Shown here piece after piece: positions 1-9,906 of a stretch of 64,000 bases of DNA (positions are counted from its first letter, which is position 1; every line of letters begins with the position of its first letter). The position numbers were made by a program, and so were the translations under genes. Under the pieces are notes generated by a model that saw nothing but the letters and a program-made list of their open reading frames with translations, searched no databases and was not told the origin of the DNA. The stretch is from Candidatus Latescibacterota bacterium (GTDB taxonomy: Bacteria > Latescibacterota > UBA2968 > SICM01), in NCBI GenBank assembly GCA_965217865.1, contig CBDCJO010000002.1, forward strand, positions 1,056,001 to 1,120,000, written 5' to 3'.

Positions 1-235
1 GCTTCCGTCAGACTTTGACAATATAACCGTCCAGAGGTTACGCGCGTTTTTCAAATCATTATTCAAGGCAAGTGGAGCCAAATAAAGAAGGAAATTGAAC
101 CATGTGATCACGTAACGTTTATTGTCAGGGTTTATTTGCGGGCATTGAATACCAAACCTGTGCAGCATTCCAGCAAGGTCAGAATCGACAATCACAATTC
201 CGCCGAGCTTAACTGTGTCCTCAAGATCATGAACA

Positions 236-860
236 TTAGGTGGAGAAACTCGATTGGATTACGACCGCGTTGAACGTTCTCGCGATAGAAGCACCATCTA
301 ACCGGCAATTGTCTCTGGTTCCCCACTTTTGACTGTTGAAATAGTTTCGGGTCACTGAGGGCCATAGGATAACACCGCTCTTCTCAATTCCAGTGCCATT
401 GAGTTCCTCCAGATGACTCACTTCGTCACAGATCACGAAACCGAAATCATACCCCTCAATTTGGACTGGATCTTTCCTTTCTGGCATCGTGAATCCGTAT
501 CTTAACCAACCCTTCGACCAGACCTTTCTCCCCCCAGCGTAGAGAATTCCGCTGTCGGAACCGACCAGTACCATGGCATTCTGATATTCGCCATTTAGTC
601 GAAATGGTGTACCGATAACCGCCTTCAGCCCAAGCTCTTGGGCGTCCGCCGCGAGTGTTTCCAGCCCTTCCTGAACTTTAGAATACCAACCCTCTTGTTG
701 GAATAAACCATGTAGGTGGGAATCATACCCGACAACAGCCATCTCGGGGAATACTGCAAGGTGGGCCTGACTCTGCGCGGCAAGGGACAAGCAGTGCGAG
801 ATGGTAGAGACGTTCGATGAAACGTCAGCAGCCATTGGGATTTGGAAGGTGCAACGTGGC
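236..860 (-). pseudogene. Carbon-nitrogen hydrolase (nitrilase-family) fragment, C-terminal part of chimeric ORF 236..1264
   Basis: AVFPEMAVVGY (catalytic Glu motif), YQNAMVLV, GRK, GFVICDE (catalytic Cys motif); no start of its own. Confidence 0.75.
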
Positions 861-1304
861 ACCTTCAACGTAGCCCCTGAAGCTGCAAGTTCTGCAGTCG
901 CTTGGATGATCATCTTTACGGTGTTCGACTTCCCCGTGCGCGTCATTCCGAAAAGCGCCGTGCGCTTCCCCAGGTAGTCGAGGGCCGACACATACAGCGG
1001 CACAGAAGCGGCCTGAGCGTGGCGTCGGCTCGACGCGTAGCGAACTTCGCCGATCCGCAAATCTCCGGGCCCACCAGGAAGTACGTCCCCTTCACGGAAG
1101 TTGACGATGTACTCCAATACGCTGCCCGAGGGCTTATAGACTGAGTAGTTGTTCGGACCGTATAAATTGTTGACATCCGCCCCGAAGCGTGTCCCGCCTT
1201 GCGCATCCCGATAGAACGACCCGAGCACTCTGCACTCTAGCGTCCGCGACATCCTTGAAGACATCGATTGTCGCCAGTTTCCTAAGCCTCTCGTTGATCG
1301 ACAT
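861..1304 (-). pseudogene. HerA/DUF87-like P-loop ATPase fragment, internally deleted
   Basis: Walker A GKRTALFGMTRTGKSNTVK; probable start MSINERLRKLATIDVFKD lies in another frame near 1304. Confidence 0.7.
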
Positions 1305-1638
1305 CACTGCTACACTCCTTCCGCCCACTCGATTAGCCGGCTCCCATCGAATCGGGCCGAGCGCAGGCAGCTGTGTGAGCTGGTGTCCATCGCGGGATAA
1401 GATGAGGATTCGGTCCGTCTTCGTCGCTTGTCCACGGCCTTGCTTCCAGATTCGGCTGACCTTGTGCTGAGTCGGAAGTCGGTCGGCAACGATGCCATGA
1501 AGGTGCTAACCAAGTGGTCGCGCAACGTCCTCCCATACCTGCGTAGCGAGGTTTGTAGTGTTTCCTGTGCCGCGCTCGCAGACGTCGCCAATCATCAAGC
1601 ACAGATACCCGTCGAGGTCCCACTGGGTTTCGGATTCT

Positions 1639-1869
1639 CTAATCGTCTCTCTCGTCCTGAGTCGTCTTGCCCGATGGGCTTTTTTCAGGCTCATCTCCGC
1701 TGCTGTTTTGCACCCACTCGTCCACCTCCGAGAGCCTGAATCGCAGCAACCGTCCCACGCGGTGTGCGGGAAGGCCCTTCGAGTCGACCCAACGGTAGGC
1801 GGTATCTCTGGCTACCTGCAGGTGGGCAGCGACTTCACCGATACCGACCCAGCCTTCTTCAACTGCCAT
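1639..1869 (-). CDS. Excisionase-family (MerR-like HTH_17) DNA-binding protein
   Basis: WVGIGEVAAHLQVARDTAYRWV...LPAHRVGRLLRFRLSEVDEWV. Confidence 0.85.
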   Translation of the reverse strand: MAVEEGWVGIGEVAAHLQVARDTAYRWVDSKGLPAHRVGRLLRFRLSEVDEWVQNSSGDEPEKSPSGKTTQDERDD

Positions 1870-1929
1870 CTTTGACAGACCTCGCTTCAGGAAGAAACCA
1901 AAGAAACTCGACTACAATATATGAAACTC

Positions 1930-2340
1930 AGGCATTCCTCGTCAATGTATTTCCGGATTTTGGGGTACTGGAGCATCTGTCATCGGAAACCGTGATTAAC
2001 AAACCAGAAGATCAACGTCCTGGACTTTGGACTCAATTAACGATGCTCACTCGGAAACACAGACGCTTTTCTGATGCAAAATGGGCTTTGAGCGGCGAGA
2101 TCGTTTCTAGGATTGAGAGTATTACCGACAAGCTTGCTCCTCAAAATCCATTGGCCCGTCACCGCATGTTGTTCAGTGGGCATGGTCGTTATCTCTATGA
2201 GGAAATGGGAGATTTGCAAGAGCAGAAGCTTGAAGAGCAACGCCGGCAAGCAATAGAAAAAATTCTGGACGATGGCGCTATGGATGCGATCATACAGTTT
2301 GTCAAAGATGTTGAGCAACCTAGCTGTGTAGGACATTCGC
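1930..2340 (+). pseudogene. Internal fragment of an uncharacterised large protein (AT-richer part of chimeric ORF 1764..2717)
   Basis: Protein-like open frame (LWTQLTMLTRKHRRFSDAKWAL...) that switches abruptly to GC-rich DUF2924 sequence at about 2340. Confidence 0.45.
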
Positions 2341-2717
2341 TGACGGTTGGTGAACTGCGGGAGAAGTACATCAAGGTCTTCGGGGAGGAGACCCGCTCGT
2401 ACCACAAGGCGTTCCTGCGCAAGCGTATCGCCTGGCGTCTGCAGGCCCTGGCCGAGGGCGGCCTCTCGGAGCGGGCCCGGCGGCGCGCCGGGGAACTGGC
2501 CAACGATGCGGACCTGAGACTGCGCGCCCCGCGGGATCAGAGCAGGCCGGGCTCGGCGGCGGAGCAGGCGCGGACGACGGCCGGTCGTCTGTCGCCCTCG
2601 CGGGACCGGCGGCTGCCCCTGCCGGGGACGCTTCTGGTACGCACCTTCCAGGGCCGCGACCTGGTGGTGCAGGTGCTCGATGACGGCTTCGCGTTCGAGG
2701 GACGCCGCTACCGGTAG
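2341..2717 (+). pseudogene. DUF2924-domain protein fragment (family usually beside serine recombinases)
   Basis: TVGELREKY...FLRKRIAWRLQALAEGGLS...PGTLLVRTFQG...FAFEGRRYR; truncated at both ends. Confidence 0.8.
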
Positions 2718-3206
2718 ATCGATAAGGCCTCGGATTCCTGGGGTATCAAGGTGCTGCGCTACGAGCTGAGAAACATCACGCCTTCGCCCAATGTGGTGCA
2801 CACCCTTGAGAAACAAATGGAGGCCGAGCGAGAGAAGCGTGCCGAGATCACAAGAGCTTCGGCGGAGAAAGAGGCCACCATCAATGTCTCACAGGGAGAG
2901 CGCCAGGAAGACATCAACCTCTCCGAAGGCGAGAAACAGCGCCGCATTAACGTGGCCAAGGGCCGCGCCGAGGCGATCTCCACTCTGGCGGAAGCCACGG
3001 CAGAAGGCACAAAACTCATCGCCGCTGCCGTGCAGAAGGAGGGTGGTTCTTCGGCGCTGAAGATGCAGCTGGTGGAGGAATTCATTGAAACTTTCGGTGA
3101 GGTTATCACGAAGGCCAACACCTCCGTGGTTCCCTTGGAGCTCGCAAAAATCAAGGGCTTCTTCGACGGCCTTTCAGAAGTGGCCGACGGTGTGCCCGCA
3201 AAGTGA
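2718..3206 (+). pseudogene. SPFH/band 7 (QmcA/stomatin-like) protein, 5'-truncated
   Basis: WGIKVLRYELRNITP...EKQMEAEREKRA...SEGEKQRRIN; paralog of the next gene. Confidence 0.85.
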
Positions 3207-3225
3207 ACTCGTGAGGAGACCTATA

Positions 3226-4167
3226 ATGTCGCAGACTTCACCGTCAGAGATATTCAACCTCGTTGTCTGGGGAATTCTGTTCCTCGTACTGATCGTCAAG
3301 TTCTTCCGATCGATCCGTCTCGTGCCCACGCAGTCCGCGTATGTTGTGGAGCGGCTGGGTCGATATTCCAAGACTCTGCGTCCGGGATTCCATGCCCTTG
3401 TCCCCTTTTTCGACCGCGTGGCTTTCATCCAAGATCTCAAGGAGGAGACGGTTGACGTGCCGCCCCAGGAATGTTTCACCCGTGATGAGGTGCAGGTGGA
3501 AGTGGATGGTGTGATCTACATGTCCGTGACCGATCCGGTCAAGGCGAGCTACGGTGTTACGGACTACTCCTTCGCTGCGATGCAGCTTGCCCAAACCACA
3601 ACACGCTCGGTCATCGGAACCCTGGAACTGGACCGAACCTTCGAGGAGCGCGACCTGATTTCCTCCAAGGTAGTAGAAGTGCTGGAGAAGGCCGGAGAGC
3701 ACTGGGGAATCAGGGTGCACCGCTACGAAATCAAGAACCTGGCTCCCCCGCCCACGGTGAAGGAAGTCATGGAAAAACAGGTCACATCCGAGCGCAACCG
3801 CCGTGCTATCGTGGCCCAGTCGGAAGGAGACAAACAGAGTCGTATCAATACATCGGAAGGCAGGAAGCTCGAACTCATCAATCGATCCGAAGGCGAAATG
3901 CAGCGCACGATCAACGAGGCGCAGGGAAAGGCCCAAGAGATCCGCTCCATCGCCCATGCCACAGCCCAGTCGATTGAGCAGATAGCGTCAGCCATCAGCG
4001 TGCCCGGGGGTGAATCGTCGGTGCGACTGCAGCTTGCGGTGAAGTATCTCAAGCAGCTGAGGACTTTGGCCCAAGACAAGACCCAGGTGCTCCTGCCCGC
4101 GGATTTGACCAACCTGGAGGGACTGCTCAAGTCGATTGAGCTGTCGGGACCGGGCGAGAGATCATGA
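3226..4167 (+). CDS. SPFH/band 7 (QmcA/stomatin-like) membrane protein
   Basis: AGGAG RBS before ATG 3226; N-terminal TM; VVERLGRY, QTTTRSVIG, HRYEIKN. Confidence 0.92.
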   Translation: MSQTSPSEIFNLVVWGILFLVLIVKFFRSIRLVPTQSAYVVERLGRYSKTLRPGFHALVPFFDRVAFIQDLKEETVDVPPQECFTRDEVQVEVDGVIYMSVTDPVKASYGVTDYSFAAMQLAQTTTRSVIGTLELDRTFEERDLISSKVVEVLEKAGEHWGIRVHRYEIKNLAPPPTVKEVMEKQVTSERNRRAIVAQSEGDKQSRINTSEGRKLELINRSEGEMQRTINEAQGKAQEIRSIAHATAQSIEQIASAISVPGGESSVRLQLAVKYLKQLRTLAQDKTQVLLPADLTNLEGLLKSIELSGPGERS

Positions 4168-4199
4168 ATGGCGGGGGGACATCCGAGACGCGAAAACTC

Positions 4200-4305
4200 T
4201 AAGAGGACTGGAAGGCAGCGCTGAATCGGTTTGAGATTTTGTTCGAGGACAGGGTCCCATTAACTTAGGGGAGGAGGGCCGTTTACACAAAACTCTTGAC
4301 ACCTC
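4200..4305 (+). mobile_element. IS256-family 3' end remnant (transposase C-terminus plus right IR)
   Basis: RDWKAALNRFEILFEDRV* then TTACACAAAACTCTTGACACC. Confidence 0.75.
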
Positions 4306-4480
4306 CGCCGAAATTCCACTACTACATATAAAAGACCTATTGCCACATTCGCTTCGCTACGGCCAGCTTGAATCTGAGTTCCTTTTCGGATTCTTCTCCA
4401 CACCAGTAGAACCCACCTTCTTACCGTTAAAGTCTGGCTGGTCTTCTTCCTTCCAACGATCCTGGATTTGACTTACCCAA
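4306..4480 (-). mobile_element. Probable IS110-family non-coding end (candidate bridge/seek RNA region), orphan and truncated
   Basis: Non-coding; minus-strand blocks GACCAGCCAGAC, GGTTCTACTGGTG, AAGCTGGCCGTAGC-CGAATGTGGCA, CGGCGGAG recall IS110 leaders (from memory only). Confidence 0.4.
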
Positions 4481-4562
4481 CCCTATCGCGGGTTTCGTTT
4501 CACTCTGCCGCAACCAAAAAGGTGTACGCATCTTGCGTAGAAGTCAAACTGTAAGACTCTAA

Positions 4563-4617
4563 ATCCCCTCCCGGGAGGGGTGCCCCGGCGTGACTTAAGC
4601 CTGGGGTGGGGTGGGTC
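4563..4617. repeat. REP-like GC-rich palindrome
   Basis: CCCCTCCCGGGAGGGG hairpin followed by a second stem; similar element near 47793-47850. Confidence 0.6.
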
Positions 4618-4860
4618 ATATCCCATTCTCATCTATCCAATTCCGAATGGAGCTCTCGTCAAGAGGTGTGTATAGGACGTGTCTACCTTGTAGACTCGGA
4701 ACTCGTTCTTAAGCCGCTCCGCACACTCAAGGTTTGTTTCCTTGATCTGGCTAAGGACCTCGAGATTCATGATCGAGCCTTTAGCGGCCCTGAGACCGCT
4801 TCGGGCGCAGGTGGCGATTCGTTGCACCTCGTACATATGAGACGGACGATAAATTTTCAT

Positions 4861-5130
4861 GAAAGTATTTGAACTTGGATACCCCTTCCTTTGGAAGGGG
4901 AGGAAAAGTTTAGCTTGCCGAAGGCAAGCTAAAAGGCTGTCTTATCGTGTGCAGACCACTGAGACACAAATCGACTCAGGAGGCATACGATGGGACTCCG
5001 ACGGACCAGTCACGCAGTCTATGATAGCCAGTATCCTCTGGTATGGGCACCGAAGTACCGGAAATGGATTCTGCGAGGTGACCTTCGAGCGTATGTGGGC
5101 AAGCTGTTTCATCGGATCAAAAAAGAGGTG
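4861..5130 (+). mobile_element. tnpA: IS200/IS605 element left end with 5' part of tnpA (Y1 transposase), truncated
   Basis: Two hairpins then MGLRRTSHAVYDSQYPLVWAPKYRKWIL from 4990; left end nearly identical to 17223-17302. Confidence 0.85.
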
Positions 5131-5462
5131 GCCGGCACGGCGTCCCGCTTCTCGTCCGGGCGCCGCATCGCGGGCTCCGGTGCATGGGCAATCTACTTTG
5201 CGGGGGTTGTTCCTCAAATTTTGATTGAATCCCCCCCCTCCCCTGGGGGTGCAGGAATGTAGCTATTTGACCGGAAGCTGTCAACCAGAGAGGCTTCAGA
5301 TCCGAGCGATCAGAAGCGGCGCCAGCATCTACTATGGTGTGTCTCATTCCTGTAGTGACTATCACAACTGTGATCTTTTTGCTGAATACAAAAACACTGA
5401 AAAGACAGATAAGGTGATGGTCGGTCCGTTATTCCTTTCTTAATGACAAAAAACAACACGGC

Positions 5463-5553
5463 GCTTAACACACATTTGCCGGTCACTACGCTCCCTCCGC
5501 CCCAACCTTCCCTCGTTCCTCGGTCAGGTTCGGCAACTGTGAGAACGTTATGC
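5463..5553 (+). other. attC-like recombination site
   Basis: GCTTAAC (5463) ... GTTATGC (5547) with inner TTGCCG/CGGCAA inverted arms. Confidence 0.6.
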
Positions 5554-5631
5554 AAAATGCCGTTTTTGTGACTATTGGAATGTTATAGGGGAAAATATAG
5601 AACATGATATTCCTCATATGGGAATGTTTCG

Positions 5632-5979
5632 ATGCTAAATGCAGAATGTGTTAAAATTAAGCTTAAACCAGGCTCATTAGATCGGGTGAGAGAATGGGCA
5701 GATGAGATATCTCGGCGGTCGGATGAAGCGCTTGAAACCCTCCGAGATGAAGGTGTTATAGTGGAGTCTGTATTTCTTGACTGCACGAATGAGGGGGATT
5801 TCCTGATTTATTATATGAAAGCCGAAAGCATAGAAAGGGCTAAGGAAGTTGTGAAGAAATCGGTGCATTCGATTGATAATTATCATCAGAAATTCAAAAG
5901 GGATACTTGGGAATCCAGAAATAAGCTTGAGCTTCTAGTTGATCTGGATCGAATTTTAGAAGCCAGAAAAGACGGATGA
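5632..5979 (+). CDS. DUF6176-like small protein carried in an integron-type gene cassette
   Basis: CVKIKLKPGSLDRVREWA...LETLRDEGVIVESVFL; bracketed by GTTATGC and GCATAAC core sites. Confidence 0.75.
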   Translation: MLNAECVKIKLKPGSLDRVREWADEISRRSDEALETLRDEGVIVESVFLDCTNEGDFLIYYMKAESIERAKEVVKKSVHSIDNYHQKFKRDTWESRNKLELLVDLDRILEARKDG

Positions 5980-6146
5980 ATCTTCCTTTGATATCGAGAT
6001 TGATTTCAAGAACGAAAAAATCCATAAATTATGGGTTAAATCCGCCCCTTTCTTCTTTTTCCGATCACAAAAACGGCACAATGCATAACACCGAGTACCC
6101 GCCTCCGCTTTCGTTGAAAATACATTAGATGCTCTCCTGGTGAGGT

Positions 6147-6182
6147 ATTTCCGCGATCTAACGATCGCGGCCTCATTGAAGC
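6147..6182 (+). CRISPR. Single orphan CRISPR repeat (type I-G/I-U-like); not an array
   Basis: ATTTCCGCGATCTAACGATCGCGGCCTCATTGAAGC: 36 nt, CCGCGATC/GATCGCGG stem, ATTGAAGC 3' handle; no second copy seen. Confidence 0.65.
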
Positions 6183-6264
6183 TTCACCCTAAAGGAGAAC
6201 CGGAAATGAGGGTTCGCCGAAGGAAGCCGAAACTCAAGCTCGTGAGGGAGAAGATGCTCGATGA

Positions 6265-6418
6265 CCCCTGGAAGGACTTCCCCCCCCATTCGACCTGAAG
6301 CGACACCCTGAAGGAACTCCCCGCATTAGACAACATCCTGAAGGAACTCCCTGAACTCCCCCCATTCGTGTGACTGTCGCACTCCACTGTTGCAACTCCA
6401 CTGTTGCAACTCCACTGT
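6265..6418 (+). repeat. Direct-repeat cluster: CCTG(G)AAGGA(A)CT(T)CCC x3 and a 14-bp tandem ACTCCACTGTTGCA x2.7
   Basis: Read directly; 14-mer units start at 6381, 6395 and 6409. Confidence 0.8.
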
Positions 6419-6884
6419 CCCCCCCACGGTCGCTTTTCTGAAGGTTCCGCATCCAAATTTGCCCGGATTCCTGAATAAAGTCGCACACGGAGAGAATCCG
6501 ATGCCCTGTGGCCGATTATTGTATCCCCTCTGTGCCGACCAATGCCGGTTTGCTGGCTGGGAAGTATCCGAAGCGCCCGGCAATCTCCGCCACGTATGTT
6601 TGCCATCTGTTTGGCGTCCTTAAATACCAGCCATGGAGATACGTCCCAAAATCCTGATTCTGGTCACACGAAACTGGTCCTTGAATATTCAGAAAGCGGA
6701 CAGCGTTCCACGCCTCTTACCTCCACAGGAAACCTGCAAGCCCAGAACGAGAATGGTGACAGTCCAAAGCCCCGTCTCCTGCCTCCACCGGCTCATAGAC
6801 TACCTCCTTGTCGCGCTCTACAAGAGCGTTTAATTCTCTCGGCAGAATAGATCATGTGACACGAGCACAGTGGACCCGCTGCCG

Positions 6885-7932
6885 CTACCATGTGAAGGTG
6901 AAAAATACCCCCGTTGGTTGCTGCCGCGCGGGCCTGCTGAAGTCCGGGATCTTGTACCGGTCGGGCACGGTGGACCAGCCGTTGTAGATGTTGCCGCCGA
7001 CATAGAAGCGCCGCGGCCGTTCCGGCTCCGGGATCGGCCTGCCCGTCGCGAAGAGTGTGTAGGAACGCTGCGGCGGCTCCGGGTCGATTCGTTCCGCGTG
7101 AGGCACGTACTCCCTGAGACCGTCGCCATCGACGTCCGCATGAATCCAGTCGAGGTGGAGCAGGCGATGGTAGCTGCCGTCGGCGATCATGCCGCGCAGC
7201 TCGGCGTTGAACCGCGAGATGATCGACTCGGCGTCCGGAAACGAGCGACGGACGGCGAGGTGAAGCGAGCGTGTGAGCAGCGGCGTCGAGCCGAACGCGA
7301 GCCGCGTTCGAGCTTCTTCTCCGTGGTTGCGGATGAGGTACTGGATGACCAGGTCGTCCATCAGCGTGTAGTCCACCTCACCGTTGAGGAGTCTTGTGAC
7401 GCTGTTCTCTTCGCTGTTCGAGCCAACGAAGATCGGCCCGTCCGTCGTCTCGACCGCCTCGCCATACGCGTACCCGGCTTTTGACCAGGGCGATCCGCTT
7501 GCCGGCGAGGTCGGCCAGCGCGGTCGCGGATACATCGCTGCCCTGCCGCCCGACGAGGATCAACCGGTTCTCGAGATACGGCTGCGAGTAAATCAGCGCG
7601 CGTTCGCGCTCCGTGTCCCTCCAGAGCGCCGCGCTTCCGTCGAACTCCCCGCTCAGCAGTGCGGGCGTCAGCCTGGCTTCGTCCACGATGACCGTTTCGG
7701 CGACGATCCCCACTCGTTCAAGAGCCGTGTCGACCAGATCGAGAGCGAACCGCGCCTGCCCCGGCGCGTTGGTGAACGGCGACCACGCCGTCGACACGAG
7801 CTGCAGCTGCCGACCTTGCGCGGCTGCCATGATCGGGTCCGGATCCTGTCCGAACGCCCAAGGCGCGGTTAGCGTCAAGGCCAGCACGGAAATGGCAAGT
7901 GTCGTAAGTATGCTTGTTGGCCGCCGTTTCAT
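6885..7932 (-). pseudogene. Periplasmic solute-binding protein (family 3-like), frameshifted near 7480
   Basis: Signal peptide MKRRPTSILTTLAISVLAL...; WSPF, YSQPYLENRLILV, LAGKRIALV in one frame continuing as GYAYGEAV...FNAELRGMIADGSY in another. Confidence 0.75.
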
Positions 7933-8287
7933 TTCAACCTCCGATCTGCGTCATTGAGGCGTGTGCCGACTCGTGGATGAGCACGAGCCGGTATCGAACG
8001 TTTGTTAGGTTCTGATCAGAACGAGAACGTCCTACCGACCTGCACTTGCCTTGGCGTGGCACTGATGGTCAAGTCCCTCATCACCGGAACGTCCGACCAG
8101 ATGGTTGCGAGCAGCACGCCGCCCACGGCAAGTCCAATCCCAAGCGCACCGAAGACGTTGACCTGCTCACAATGGAGGGACATCAAGGAAGTACACAGTC
8201 TCCTCATCTTCCCCGCAGGGTCGTCCGACCTGAGTTGCGAGCAACGCGGTGCCTCCAGCCATCAGCGCGACACCCGCCCATGTGATA

Positions 8288-9071
8288 TGACCCGGGAAAA
8301 GTGGACAGTGGTTTAAGCCGCTTTTTGCAGCGATAGGCGTTCAAAAAGGGCCGGGGACACATAGTCCAGGTAAGCGTGCAGCCGCTGATTGTTGTAAAAC
8401 ATTTCGATGTACTCGAAGAGTTCGCGCTCTGCATGATCGAGGTCGATCAAGTCGACGTGATACAGCCATTCGGTCTTCAAGGTTTTGAAGAATGACTCGG
8501 AGACGGCATTGTCCCGGCAATCGGCCTTCTTGCTCATGCTTTGAACAAACTGATGCGCGTCGACGGCCTTTCGGAAGCCATCGCAGCAATACTGAATACC
8601 TCGATCGGAATGAATCATCAGATTCGGCTGCGGTCTGCGTTGCCATACTGCGCGTGACAGGGCCGTGAGTACCGTTTCGTGCGCCAGCGAGGTGCTGACG
8701 CACCAGCCAACCACGCGACGTGAAAACAGGTCAATGAATACAACCAGATACAGCCATCCCGATCGACTGGACAAATACGTGATATCGCTGACCCACACTT
8801 CGTTGGGACGACCCGCGTCAAAGGCCCGGTTCAGCAAGTTCGGGGATGCCTTCAGGTCGTGCTTCGTATCCGTGGCCACCACGAACTTCCGACGTACCTT
8901 CGACCGGAGGCCCTGACGACGCATCGAAAAGGCCACGCGGTTGCGCCTATACGGCTTTCCTTGTGCCGCCAGCGCACGGCTGATCTTCAGGCTCCCATAC
9001 CGGCCACGGCTGGCCTCGCAGGCCGCTTTTACCAGGACATCCAGAAGAAGTCGTTCCTGCTCGCGGGGCAA
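8288..9071 (-). mobile_element. IS3-family orfB (DDE transposase), 5'-truncated, with right IR
   Basis: WVSDITY, HSDRGIQY, DNAVSESFFKTLKTE, YNNQRLH; IR TGACCCGGGAAAAGTGGACA at 8288. Confidence 0.9.
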
Positions 9072-9499
9072 CCCTTCGGGGTCTTGTCGTTTCTGCCGTA
9101 TTCACAAACGCTTAGGCCATCTTCCCCCCTCTCTGCAAATTCTCTGTTTCGAAGCGCTCCACCCGGGATTGCAAGCGCAACCGTGGGGGCTGCATCCGTT
9201 GAGCAGAGATATCTCCTCCGGATTCTCCGATTCTCTGTTTTTTCAGTCGGCCTTGTTTAACAGCCCGGTTGCATCCGGACGGTTTGGACCATAAGTAGTG
9301 ACATTATAGTTTGGCTCGGCAGCAAGGACGTCAGAACGGCTGCGGAAGAAAGTTCGTGGATGCCGCGTAGAACGGAACGGTCGTCAGGAGCCGTTGGAGC
9401 CCGCGCGACATCGCAAGAGGGCGATGGTCAAATCCTGATCATCCTGCAAAAATGGATGGAGTGAACCGGAGATCCTGTGAGTTTCACGCAACGGCTACC

Positions 9500-9740
9500 A
9501 TTTCAGCTGGTGGTGCGATCTGTCGTTCCTCATAGAGCAGCTCAATCTGGAGGCGTTCAGTAGACGTGATGTTGATGTTCTGCCATCCGGCTGCTACGCG
9601 AATGAGAACGGCGTGAACGAATATCAGGCAGCTCTTCTCCGTGAAGAAGCGAGGGAGCGTTTGGGTTCTGCGTCGCTCCTCGGCGAAGCTGTGCTCAATG
9701 AGATTGGTGGTGCGGACATATTTCCTGAGTCGTCAGGCAA
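9500..9740 (-). mobile_element. IS256-family transposase C-terminal fragment
   Basis: Minus-strand frame RKYVRTTNLIEHSFAEERRRTQTLPRFFTEESCL. Confidence 0.7.
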
Positions 9741-9834
9741 CTGAAGGCCGCCAGGAGAGCATCCGGATCCTCGGATGGGATGGTACTCGCCTTACCTCGG
9801 CTTGGAGTCTAGGCCCCGATGGCCCCCTACCCTA

Positions 9835-9906
9835 TGTCAAGTCTAAAATTTATAATCACCTAAGAGTTTTTATCCCTTGGTGTCAAGTCTAAAATTTATA
9901 ATCACC
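9835..9906 (+). repeat. Exact 26-bp direct repeat x2 with a 20-bp spacer
   Basis: TGTCAAGTCTAAAATTTATAATCACC at 9835-9860 and 9881-9906. Confidence 0.9.

Noticed and set aside
4861-5262. TnpB/IscB OMEGA system
   Set aside because: Only a tnpA fragment is present; the mini-element at 17223 shows tnpA followed directly by the right end, with no tnpB.
6147-6420. CRISPR array
   Set aside because: Only one true repeat; the later repeats differ in sequence and lack regular spacers.
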